A DNA stretch of 40,725 nucleotides from positions 1 through 40,725 of IMG/VR virus record IMGVR_UViG_3300040985_002047; one strand, 5' to 3'. Position 1 is the first letter of the stretch. Each line of letters starts with the position of its first letter. Below, in pieces: positions 18,949-27,300 of the stretch. The notes under the pieces are model-generated. The model saw nothing but the letters and a program-made list of their open reading frames with translations, searched no databases and had not been told where the DNA came from. The position numbers were made by a program, and so were the translations under genes. The stretch is from a virus. Its lineage: Duplodnaviria; Caudoviricetes.

Positions 18949-19180
18949 GAGCCTTTCGCTTAACAGCTCAACGGCTAGTTGTATACACCCCCTCGCTCGA
19001 TTTTTCTTAACCTTATCAAGCAATTTTTCCCTCTGTTGTTTTTGTAGTTCAACGCCTCGTGTGATAGGGCTTGATGGGGAGAGTACAGTTTCGAGCGAGT
19101 TAAATGATGTATAAGCTGTACTTATTTTTGTTTTCCTATCACACGAGTGAGGGAGTGTATACAACAAGTCCTAAACAATT
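18939..19180 (+). ncRNA. Candidate multi-pseudoknotted structured RNA/ssDNA element
   Basis: Six complementary segment pairs of 8-17 bp in an intergenic gap; most wobble pairs are G-U on the + strand. Confidence 0.7.
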
Positions 19181-19200
19181 ATCAATTAACAAATAATATT

Positions 19201-19653
19201 ATGAGACAATTTATGTTTAGAATCTGGTTGATAAAAACAGAAGAAATGATTCGGGAACCTGTTTTTGCATACAATAAATGGTTTCGAAGTCCTGAGTATT
19301 TAGAAAAGTACGATATGTGCTTAAATGAAACCGAAGGAGGCAAGTATGAAGTCATGCAATACACAGGACTCAAAGACAAGGATGACAAGGAAATATATGA
19401 AGGAGATATAGTAAAAGAAGATAATGAATACCTACACTGTGACGGAGGAGGATGTGATTGTGGGAATCCTGATAGATGTAAAGAACTTGATGAAAAAGGA
19501 GAGACTTATAAAGTTCTATGGAATGGCTATTTTGGTGGATATTTTTTATCTAATACCTTAGGAGGTAAATTATTAAAAGGGAAAGACAAAGTTTCTTGTA
19601 TGGCAATCATAGGAAACATACATGAAAATTCAGAATTATTATCAATTAACTAA
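19201..19653 (+). CDS. YopX family protein
   Basis: 'FMFRIW...MQYTGLKDKDDKEIYEGDIV...IIGNIHENSELL'; start revised to 19201. Confidence 0.92.
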   Translation: MRQFMFRIWLIKTEEMIREPVFAYNKWFRSPEYLEKYDMCLNETEGGKYEVMQYTGLKDKDDKEIYEGDIVKEDNEYLHCDGGGCDCGNPDRCKELDEKGETYKVLWNGYFGGYFLSNTLGGKLLKGKDKVSCMAIIGNIHENSELLSIN

Positions 19654-19660
19654 TAACATT

Positions 19661-19810
19661 ATGAACTTCTTAAGTTTATTCCACTGTGTATTAAAAGGGC
19701 ACATACCAAAAATCTCTAAATTCAATCGTGAACGTGGCCAAACAGAAGAGAAACGATGTGAACGATGTAAACTATTATTATCTAGAACAACTAACTTTAA
19801 CAAACTATGA
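19661..19810 (+). CDS. Small Zn-binding protein (49 aa)
   Basis: C-x4-H...CERC; conserved leader; start revised to 19661. Confidence 0.65.
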   Translation: MNFLSLFHCVLKGHIPKISKFNRERGQTEEKRCERCKLLLSRTTNFNKL

Positions 19811-20007
19811 AAAACACAGAGATTTATTTTATTTCGTATAAATACAAAGATGATGGATCTCCTGGAGGCATTGGATATAAATCAACGTTTGTTGAGTATA
19901 AAGGATCACTTAATTCACGTGAGAGCTTTAAATATTTAGAGAACAAAATAAGTATAAAGCAGAAGGCTTCAGATGTTATGATTCTTGGAATTTATAAATT
20001 AGATTAA
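19807..20007 (+). CDS. Hypothetical protein
   Basis: 66 aa; ATGA overlap with the upstream stop. Confidence 0.7.
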   Translation: MKNTEIYFISYKYKDDGSPGGIGYKSTFVEYKGSLNSRESFKYLENKISIKQKASDVMILGIYKLD

Positions 20008-20032
20008 AACTTATTACTAACTTTAACAAACT

Positions 20033-20347
20033 ATGAAAACTCAAACAAAACTAGCCTCAGGAGCTTTACTAACATTCTTACTAACAATTAGTGTCTTTGC
20101 TTTCTCAAACTCTTTAGAGAGTAAAATAAGAGACAATATAAGTCTTACCAAAGGAGAGATGGAAAACTTACAGTACTACAATGATAAATACCGCAGTGAG
20201 CTTTCAATCATAAATCCTAGAGTCGCTGAACTAGAATCTTTAATACAGAACAACAAAGATCAATGGCATGCATTATCAGGACAACTTAGAATATCTGAAA
20301 TGTATCTTCACTCTTTAATGACGGAGGATCAGAGCCTAAAAGACTGA
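20033..20347 (+). CDS. Signal peptide plus coiled-coil protein (N-terminal half of a putative frameshift product)
   Basis: MKTQTKLASGALLTFLLTISVFAFS signal followed by heptad repeats. Confidence 0.75.
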   Translation: MKTQTKLASGALLTFLLTISVFAFSNSLESKIRDNISLTKGEMENLQYYNDKYRSELSIINPRVAELESLIQNNKDQWHALSGQLRISEMYLHSLMTEDQSLKD

Positions 20348-20700
20348 TAAAAGAAAACATCTTATTTACTTCTTATAATCCTGAACGTGGTCAAACAGAT
20401 TCAACCCCTTGCATAGCAGGAGGAACAGGAATAAATTTATGTAAAGGAGCTAAAGAAGGGAATAGATACATAGCCCTATCTCAAGAGATGCTTGAATGGT
20501 CTATGCATACAAGAGGAGAATCATTTGTAGCAGGAGAAAAAGTAGAACTTGTAAGTAATGACTACCCTGATGATCACAGATGTAATGGAGAATTTATAGT
20601 AGCTGATGCATTAAATGCTAGATACACAGATAGAGGAGACCTATTTCAGTTACACAGAAAAGATAATATATCATGTAGAATTAATATCTTTAGATTATGA
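20341..20700 (+). CDS. 3D-domain (DPBB lytic-transglycosylase-like) reading frame lacking its own ATG
   Basis: Frame open 20299-20700: 'TSYNPERGQTDSTPCIAG...IALSQE...GEKV...FIVADALNARYTDRGDLF'; the ORF-track ATG at 20488 lies inside the domain. Confidence 0.75.
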   Translation, partial: RLIKENILFTSYNPERGQTDSTPCIAGGTGINLCKGAKEGNRYIALSQEMLEWSMHTRGESFVAGEKVELVSNDYPDDHRCNGEFIVADALNARYTDRGDLFQLHRKDNISCRINIFRL

Positions 20701-20831
20701 CTAATAAAGACCTACTCCACAAAATCCTCCAAGAGGTGAAGAACGACTATAAGAAATCAATTTGTATAAATCTCGTTTTCTTCATAGCTTTCACAATTTT
20801 AGGAGCTTACCTTTCAGGTCTAGTTAATTGA
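20697..20831 (+). CDS. Small membrane protein (44 aa)
   Basis: MTNKDLLHK...INLVFFIAFTILGAYLSGLVN; ATGA overlap. Confidence 0.6.
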   Translation: MTNKDLLHKILQEVKNDYKKSICINLVFFIAFTILGAYLSGLVN

Positions 20832-20833
20832 TT

Positions 20834-20943
20834 TTACTTTTTCATATAAATAAGTTATAATATTCCTGCACCTTATCCATAGCCTATATAAACTAGTGAA
20901 TAAGTCTTAATATGTTATGTATCAAGGTGCAACTTATTCACTA
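20834..20943 (+). promoter_or_regulatory. Promoter and pseudoknotted leader of the HNH gene
   Basis: TTTACT...TATAAT (20856-61); TGCACCTT/AAGGTGCA stem; 12-bp TAGTGAATAAGT/ACTTATTCACTA crossing stem. Confidence 0.6.
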
Positions 20944-20956
20944 ATTTTTGTATGTT

Positions 20957-21631
20957 ATGAGAGAGGATGTTGTTGGTAATCAATACGGGAGACTAATTGT
21001 CTTGAAAGAAGATGTTGGATTTTATTATTTTTCTGGCAAGTATCAACGAATGAAAAGGCGTGTTAAATGTATTTGTAATTGTGGCAATTATAAAACAATA
21101 TTATTAGAAAACTTAAGGAGTAGTCATACTAAGTCGTGTGGATGTCTTAAATTAGAACAACTCATGGAAAGAACTGCAAAACACAATCTTTCAAGTCATG
21201 TACTTTATGATGTATGGAAAGCTATGAAACAAAGATGCTTTAACCATTTCAACCCAGCTTATAAATATTATGGAGGACGAGGCATAACAGTATGCAAGCA
21301 ATGGAGAGACGATTTTATGAGTTTCTATAATGACATGAATGTAAGTTATAAAAAAGATCTAACAATTGAAAGGATAAATAATAATAAAGAATATTCAAAA
21401 GAAAATTGCAAGTGGGCGACTACAACAGAGCAGTCAAGAAACAAGAGAAATAATAGATTTATAACATACAAAGGGGAATCAAAAATTCTAACAGACTGGG
21501 CTGAATACTTAAATATAAAAAAATCAGTATTAACAAATAGGTTAAATAAGTATAGCTGGTCTATTGAAAAAGCATTTGAAACACCCGCTCGTAAAAAACG
21601 ACTATCTAAATCAAATAATATAATTATCTAA
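20957..21631 (+). CDS. HNH-type homing endonuclease
   Basis: 'GNQYGRLIVL...CICNCG...KSCGC...WKAMKQRC...YGGRGITVC...TIERINNN...NCKWAT'; in-frame ATG at 20957. Confidence 0.9.
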   Translation: MREDVVGNQYGRLIVLKEDVGFYYFSGKYQRMKRRVKCICNCGNYKTILLENLRSSHTKSCGCLKLEQLMERTAKHNLSSHVLYDVWKAMKQRCFNHFNPAYKYYGGRGITVCKQWRDDFMSFYNDMNVSYKKDLTIERINNNKEYSKENCKWATTTEQSRNKRNNRFITYKGESKILTDWAEYLNIKKSVLTNRLNKYSWSIEKAFETPARKKRLSKSNNIII

Positions 21632-21645
21632 ATAACTTAGCTCTT

Positions 21646-21879
21646 ATGAAAAACTTATTTTTTTACACTAACGAGGGGTTTCAAGCAGCAGATGGAAGGA
21701 AATGTTCTGATACCTGCCAAGCTATAGACGCTATAAAGAAAGAATCAGAAGATTTATTCTTAAGTACTTCAGCAAAAACAATTAAGAAAACCATAAACTG
21801 TAAAATTATGGATTGTACTTGCGAGACAAGGCTTATAGATATTTCTTTTGCTAAGCTTAGAAAAACAGGAGCTGTTTAA
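21646..21879 (+). CDS. Hypothetical protein
   Basis: 77-aa ORF. Confidence 0.55.
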   Translation: MKNLFFYTNEGFQAADGRKCSDTCQAIDAIKKESEDLFLSTSAKTIKKTINCKIMDCTCETRLIDISFAKLRKTGAV

Positions 21880-22106
21880 TCAATTAGCTCAGTTATATTA
21901 GACTGTCCACTTAATACTAGCCTTCTTTTCTCTCTTACAGTTTCTAAGATACACTGAATAGAAATCTCACAAGATTCAACGATAGACGTCCTGTCTAATT
22001 GTTTAATATTTCTTGATTTAATATCGTTCATTCTATCATAAGAAAGTAACTCACATTCATTGCCGTATATTTGTATGAGGTGCCGATCATAATCTAGTTT
22101 TGGCAT
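21876..22106 (-). CDS. Hypothetical protein
   Basis: 76 aa; start overlaps the holin stop. Confidence 0.6.
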   Translation of the reverse strand: MPKLDYDRHLIQIYGNECELLSYDRMNDIKSRNIKQLDRTSIVESCEISIQCILETVREKRRLVLSGQSNITELID

Positions 22107-22354
22107 TATACTCTGTATAAATTCTGATGCCTGTTTAATAAAGGAAGAACGTAAGAAGAGACTGCAAATTGAGCTATACTTGCGAAAGCTCCAAGTCCTT
22201 GAGTGTATTCTGCAAAAGAATCACCACTTAAATAAGTATATAATCCTGCACTTACTGATGTAAGCAATACGTTCACAAGATTAACTGCCATATCACGGAA
22301 GTTCTTCTTGTGTTCCTTTGTTGTTAGCTTTCCTTTAGCTGATATATTATTCAT
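22106..22354 (-). CDS. Putative holin
   Basis: Start revised to 22354 (MNNISAKGKL...); two hydrophobic segments; downstream of the endolysin. Confidence 0.6.
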   Translation of the reverse strand: MNNISAKGKLTTKEHKKNFRDMAVNLVNVLLTSVSAGLYTYLSGDSFAEYTQGLGAFASIAQFAVSSYVLPLLNRHQNLYRV

Positions 22355-22364
22355 AGTATGTAAA

Positions 22365-22505
22365 TTAATTGATACGAACCTTGTATTCTCCTGTGGTCTT
22401 TCTGTTATCCCATACAACAGTATTCTGCATATCGTACAACATAGTCCAGAGAAACAATACAAATAAAATAACTCCTATAATAGAAAGCATTACTTTGTTC
22501 TTCAT
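22365..22505 (-). CDS. Single-TM lysis-module protein (46 aa)
   Basis: MKNKVMLSIIGVILFVLFLWTML...; fills the endolysin-holin gap. Confidence 0.6.
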   Translation of the reverse strand: MKNKVMLSIIGVILFVLFLWTMLYDMQNTVVWDNRKTTGEYKVRIN

Positions 22506-22507
22506 AA

Positions 22508-23062
22508 TTAGTCCTTAAAAGATAATAGCTCTTTCTTTATTTCACTTATACGATCTTGTTCTTTCTTTGTATTAGCGAAGTTCCATAAAGCACTTAGAGA
22601 GCTTCCTATAGAATCTAATAGTTTATTCTGTACAGCGGTTTGGAATTTTAAGTCCATGGTATATTTTATTAATTTATTAGGATCAGGTATAGCTGGGACA
22701 ACTTCCTGAAAATGAGGTTTATCTGCTTTCCATAAGTCATATCCCCAGTTAATCCCGTGCATTCTAGCATATCCAGCAACAGCATGCCAGATATTTAAAT
22801 CTCTAGGATAAAGTTCAGGTCCTTGAAATGCTATATCTATAGCGTTTCCTGTTAGATGAACACTGTTAAGAGTCCAAGTAACTATAGGTCCTTTACGAGT
22901 ACGACCAGAAGCATATAAATACTCTTGTCTCTTCTTAGTTCTAACCGCTTCTGTTATAAAGATATCTAAATCATTCTCCCAACAATCAGCAAGAAAAGCT
23001 CTTACCTTGGTTTGAAACGGTTCTGATAACTTCGTAATGTCTCTATTAGCTCTTATGTACAT
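22508..23062 (-). CDS. Endolysin, peptidase M15 family (CwlK-like L-Ala-D-Glu peptidase)
   Basis: 'TEAVRT..RQEYLYASGRT', 'SVHLTGNAID', 'DKPHFQ' zinc-ligand motifs. Confidence 0.9.
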   Translation of the reverse strand: MYIRANRDITKLSEPFQTKVRAFLADCWENDLDIFITEAVRTKKRQEYLYASGRTRKGPIVTWTLNSVHLTGNAIDIAFQGPELYPRDLNIWHAVAGYARMHGINWGYDLWKADKPHFQEVVPAIPDPNKLIKYTMDLKFQTAVQNKLLDSIGSSLSALWNFANTKKEQDRISEIKKELLSFKD

Positions 23063-23129
23063 AAGAAAATAGTTATGTTGTTCTTAGAGTATACTTTGTT
23101 TGGAGTTATTGCAAGTTATGTGCGAGTAT

Positions 23130-23241
23130 GTGTGAGCAGTAAGCCATTTAACTGTAGAGAACTTTATTCTCTACCTGTGCGAGATTAGCGCTAGAAAGTG
23201 TGAGCAGTAAGCCATTTAACTGTAGAGAACTTTATTCTCTA
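23130..23241. repeat. 44-bp direct repeat x2 (period 68)
   Basis: gtgtgagcagtaagccatttaactgtagagaactttattctcta at 23130-23173 and 23198-23241. Confidence 0.95.
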
Positions 23242-23453
23242 TATGTGTGAGAAAGTGAGTCACTTTTGGTAAACACTTGTTACTGGTTACCAATTGTTAC
23301 CTTATATATATGTTCACATTATTTTTTGTGAAGATTTTTGTGAACTTACTTCCAAAGATAAATGGCTTTATAAATACGTCTTACCAAATTCTTGGAAGTA
23401 AATCTTTGAAGTGAGTCACAGTGAGTCACTTTGTGAGTAGGTATAATATATTG

Positions 23454-23482
23454 TTGACTTTATATTTTATAGTGTATAAAAT
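23454..23482 (+). promoter_or_regulatory. Sigma70-type promoter for the Rha gene
   Basis: TTGACT-17 nt-TAAAAT. Confidence 0.65.
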
Positions 23483-23508
23483 ATGCAGGTGTTTTTATTA
23501 TTTAAATT

Positions 23509-24246
23509 ATGTATATGAAAAACCTATATGTTTACACTCAGAAAGAAAATGTTTTTACATCATCAGAGATTCTTGCAAAAGAATTAGAAATTACTCATAA
23601 AGATCTTATGGTAAAAATAAAAAAGACTATAGCACAAAAAGAGAAGCTTGAAAAGGGAGGTGTGCACCCCCCTGTTTTTCCTCAAGTATTTAAAGAAGTT
23701 ATTCTTAAAAACAAAATGGGAAGAGAGTATAATGGATATGCAATGAACAGATCTGCTTTTATTAAATTAGTAATGCAATTATCAAAATATGATAAAGCAT
23801 GGGAAGTTCAGGATAAAGTCATAGAAGCATTCTTTTGCATGGAAACCGCTTTAAAGAATAATGAAGAAGCTTCATGGTTACAAACAAGAGAAGGAGGAAT
23901 AGAAACAAGGAAAGATCTTATGTCTACAGTTCAAAAATATATTAAATACTGTGAAGACAATGGGAGTAAGAACGCAAATCGATATAACAGCCTTATCACA
24001 AATATGACGTATAAGTGTTTAGAGCTAATAAATGGGAATAGAACAACCCCTATACGAGACCAGTTAAACTCTCATGAGCTATGGACTCTAAAGGTAGCAG
24101 AAGCTAAAGCTGATGAAATGTTTCAGTATTGTATAGATAATAATATTGAATACCATGAAGGCTTTCAATTAGCTAAACAATCTGTTCTTGAACTATTTAA
24201 GTCACTTCCAAACTCTTTGAAAAAACCTACTCAATCAATTAACTAA
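23509..24246 (+). CDS. rha: Rha family phage regulatory protein
   Basis: 'TSSEILAKELEITHKDLMVKI...NKMGREY..YAMNRSAFIKLVMQLS...IEAFFCME'. Confidence 0.85.
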   Translation: MYMKNLYVYTQKENVFTSSEILAKELEITHKDLMVKIKKTIAQKEKLEKGGVHPPVFPQVFKEVILKNKMGREYNGYAMNRSAFIKLVMQLSKYDKAWEVQDKVIEAFFCMETALKNNEEASWLQTREGGIETRKDLMSTVQKYIKYCEDNGSKNANRYNSLITNMTYKCLELINGNRTTPIRDQLNSHELWTLKVAEAKADEMFQYCIDNNIEYHEGFQLAKQSVLELFKSLPNSLKKPTQSIN

Positions 24247-24253
24247 CAACATT

Positions 24254-24349
24254 ATGGCTCCCTTCATCCTATTTATATTACTGGCTTTATATAATCCAGG
24301 ACTTGCTATTATTGTTTTTCTTTTTTACGTTGCGTCTTCTTCTCATTAA
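24254..24349 (+). CDS. Hydrophobic 31-aa peptide
   Basis: MAPFILFILLALYNPGLAIIVFLFYVASSSH; preceded by the conserved ATCAATTAACtaacaacattATG leader. Confidence 0.5.
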   Translation: MAPFILFILLALYNPGLAIIVFLFYVASSSH

Positions 24350-27300
24350 ATTTCTTGACTCCGATGTCATGCATTAATTTATTTAAATCTTTTTTCTGAC
24401 CAGCCTTTATTTCTACAACCTTTTGTTCTCCTTTTGATCTAAATTTAGGAATCTCTTTAAAGGGGAATCCTAAAAACTTCATCACCTCTATCCCTCTATT
24501 TATCTCAGTTGGCTTTAATGTCTTCTTATCAATCTTTATTTCCCCTGTTGCTGTATGTCTTTTAACAGGATCCATCAAAGTCCTTACAAGTTTTGCTTGT
24601 GGACTTACAGAGATAAGAGATTCTTTTATAGTTGGTAAGGGTCGATCATCTACAGGAGAAAAGAATACATCTGCATTAGTTGGGAGCTCAGGGGTTGTAA
24701 AAAACTGTCCTGTAAAAGAATCTTTTCCAGTAGAGTACTTCATTGTTAAATCTATCAAAGGAGCTAATGAAGAGATTAAGCTGAAATCAGTTAAAGAATT
24801 CCATACATTAAACGATCTTGTATCAAAATCCACAGGAGTTCCAAATAATTTTAGATTTGTTTGGAACCTATCTCTTAAGTAATCAGGTCTTCCTGTTTCT
24901 TCAAATTCTTTTGCAGTCTCTCTTCCCATAATTTCTCCCAGTCTTTCCCTTACTATCGCCGTAGGAGTAAAAGAAAGCTTCATTCCAGTGCTTGCCATAA
25001 ATCTTATCCATGAATAAAAAGGAATCAATTGTCTTACAAACCCTCTTTCAAATGGGGATAACACCTGGAATCCAGGGAGTGTATTTTTAACAGCATCAAA
25101 CGCTTTCATTTTGATATCGGGATTATCCATCTGTATTAATATATTTTCATTTGTAGGTTTCTCTCCCCTTTTTTTAACCATTGCCTTTGCCTCATCAAAT
25201 GCAACATTTATATACCTTGCCTCTCTAAAGAAATTATTAACACCCCCGTTTGCTTTCCACATTGATTGTATAAAAGCCTTAGGAGCTTTTGCTAAAACCT
25301 TTGCAGCAGGGATAGGGTTTCCTTTTTTAGCAGCAGCCAATACATCATTGAAGTACGTAGGTACTTTCACGTCATTAATGCTATCTATTGCTCCGTAGAT
25401 ATCTCCAAGCTTAACTTGTTCAGGGATCTTCCTTCTTATATCTGGTCTTGATATAACTTTAATATAATCCTTCATCCCTACCCCCGCTAAGAGATTTAAT
25501 CCAAAAGATCCAACAGCATCGTTAATTGTCCAAGCAGGACGTAATGCAAGAACCATTGTTTTAAAAGCCCCTGTTGGCTTATCGAAAAACCATGTTTTCA
25601 TAAACTCAGCATTGGCAGGAAGAGCGGTTCTAAAGAATCCTAGTTCTTTTAATACATCTTTTCTGATCTTATAAACTTTATTACTCCCAGTTTTCGGAGA
25701 GGTTGACTGATATCCATCCATTAAATCAGATAATACCTTTTCTGGAGTAGACGACATTAAAACATCCTTCTCTAAATTCAACTTGCTAATCTCTCGTTGT
25801 AAAACAGATGGAGTAAAGTAAGTAAACCGAGGATCAGGTTTTTCATTTGGGATAACATCATCAGCGTGTTTTATTAACACCCCTAGCTTTTGATCTATAA
25901 CCTTTAATTTTACGAACTGATCAATTGTTAAAAACGTTTGTTCTAAAAAATCCTCAGGAGTTATAGCCTTACCTGTTCTTGTTTTTAAAATACCTGGAAT
26001 ATACTTAGAAGTTCTTACTCCGCTAACACTTAACCCAGGGCTAAAATCAGCAGGATCACTAATCTTTGTAAGGAATGCCACCGTTTTACTATCTTTAAAC
26101 TTTGTTTTTATAAAATCGAATATCTCCCTTGCTGGGTTTTTCTTTCGTTGAAACGTTATGTACTTAGCATTTGGAAAATCTGTTACAGCTTTTGCAACTT
26201 TATTTGCAATATTAACCTGATTCATCTCTCCTCGTATTTGGTTTACAATATCTTTCACTTCTGGTTTTATATCAACTTGCTTATTCCTTATAAACTCTTT
26301 TGCTCTTTGTTTTAAAGTAGAAACTCTTGGCTTTGTTTTAATATTGCTATTTTTTATTACTGATCGTAATGCATCATCACTTGCTTCTATAATATTTTTC
26401 GCTGTTGTAAACCCTGATTTTTTTAGATTATTAATTAATTGCCCTCCTACCTTTAAAACCTTAGGAGATATATCAAAATCAGATACTTTGATCTTTCTCT
26501 TTGCGAACCTTTTAAAGTCTTGTAAAACCTTCTCCGTTCCTTGAGGGATTATATCACCTGATTTCACTCCTGCTATAATCTTAGCAGCATTATTTTTAGT
26601 TATTTGATCTGCCCTAATAAAAGCTTTCCTTATATTTTTATTAGTTGTCCTTCCTACTATCTCTATTCCAAGGCTTTTCAATAAAGGCTGATAAGCCATC
26701 GCTTCTGCTGTTGATTTATTCAATCTTTTTGTTTTTATAAGAAAACTCTCTATAGGCTTTTGTATAACCTCCGAGTAAACCCTTACAGCCTGATCCATTT
26801 TTTTACTTAAAGGCTTTCCTAATCCTGTAATAACTTTAACGAGATTATTTCTCTCAATTTTGTTTAACCCTTTAACAGACCCAACTAAAACTTCTTTTAA
26901 TTTTATTTTTTCTAAGGTGGCAGAGCTCGCAATATCTTCAAATAAAGATTCTAATTTCTTTATTTTTTTATTATTAACTATCTTAGAAAGTACTTGCCCT
27001 GTAGCTCTAGCACCTTTCCCTGCAGACGTTTGTAGTACATCAGCAATATGACTAACAGTTGTAGCAGTTCCTGACTTTAAGGTTTTAAGCTTATTTGATA
27101 TATTTGTTTGCACTCTCCCAGGAACAACTTTAGCAGTTACGTTTTTTGTTAACCCTCCTACTAATAAAGCATTTGAAATAGTTTCTATTGGTCTATCAAC
27201 AAAAGACTGCTTTGGAAAAGCTGCCGTCTCTGCGAATGATGCAGCTGTAGCTACTCCAAAAGTCCCTATAAACTTAGCAAGACCTGAAACATCTCTCTGC

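Noticed and set aside
18832-19167. 111-aa minus-strand ORF, and the GTG-start extension of YopX at 19147
   Set aside because: Antisense to the early operon and overlapping the structured element; YopX has a conserved leader at ATG 19201
18939-19180. Retron msr/msd, DGR template or group I/II intron
   Set aside because: No reverse transcriptase in the genome, no TR/VR adenine-variant pair, no intron core motifs, and the flanking genes are intact
13315-20831. TGA recoding (genetic code 25)
   Set aside because: Genes are intact under code 11; two TGA stops are backed by TAA, others form ordinary ATGA overlaps, and readthrough does not repair the 3D gene
23130-23241. Mini CRISPR array
   Set aside because: Only two 44-bp units; the 24-nt spacer itself contains the local TGTGCGAG motif; no cas genes
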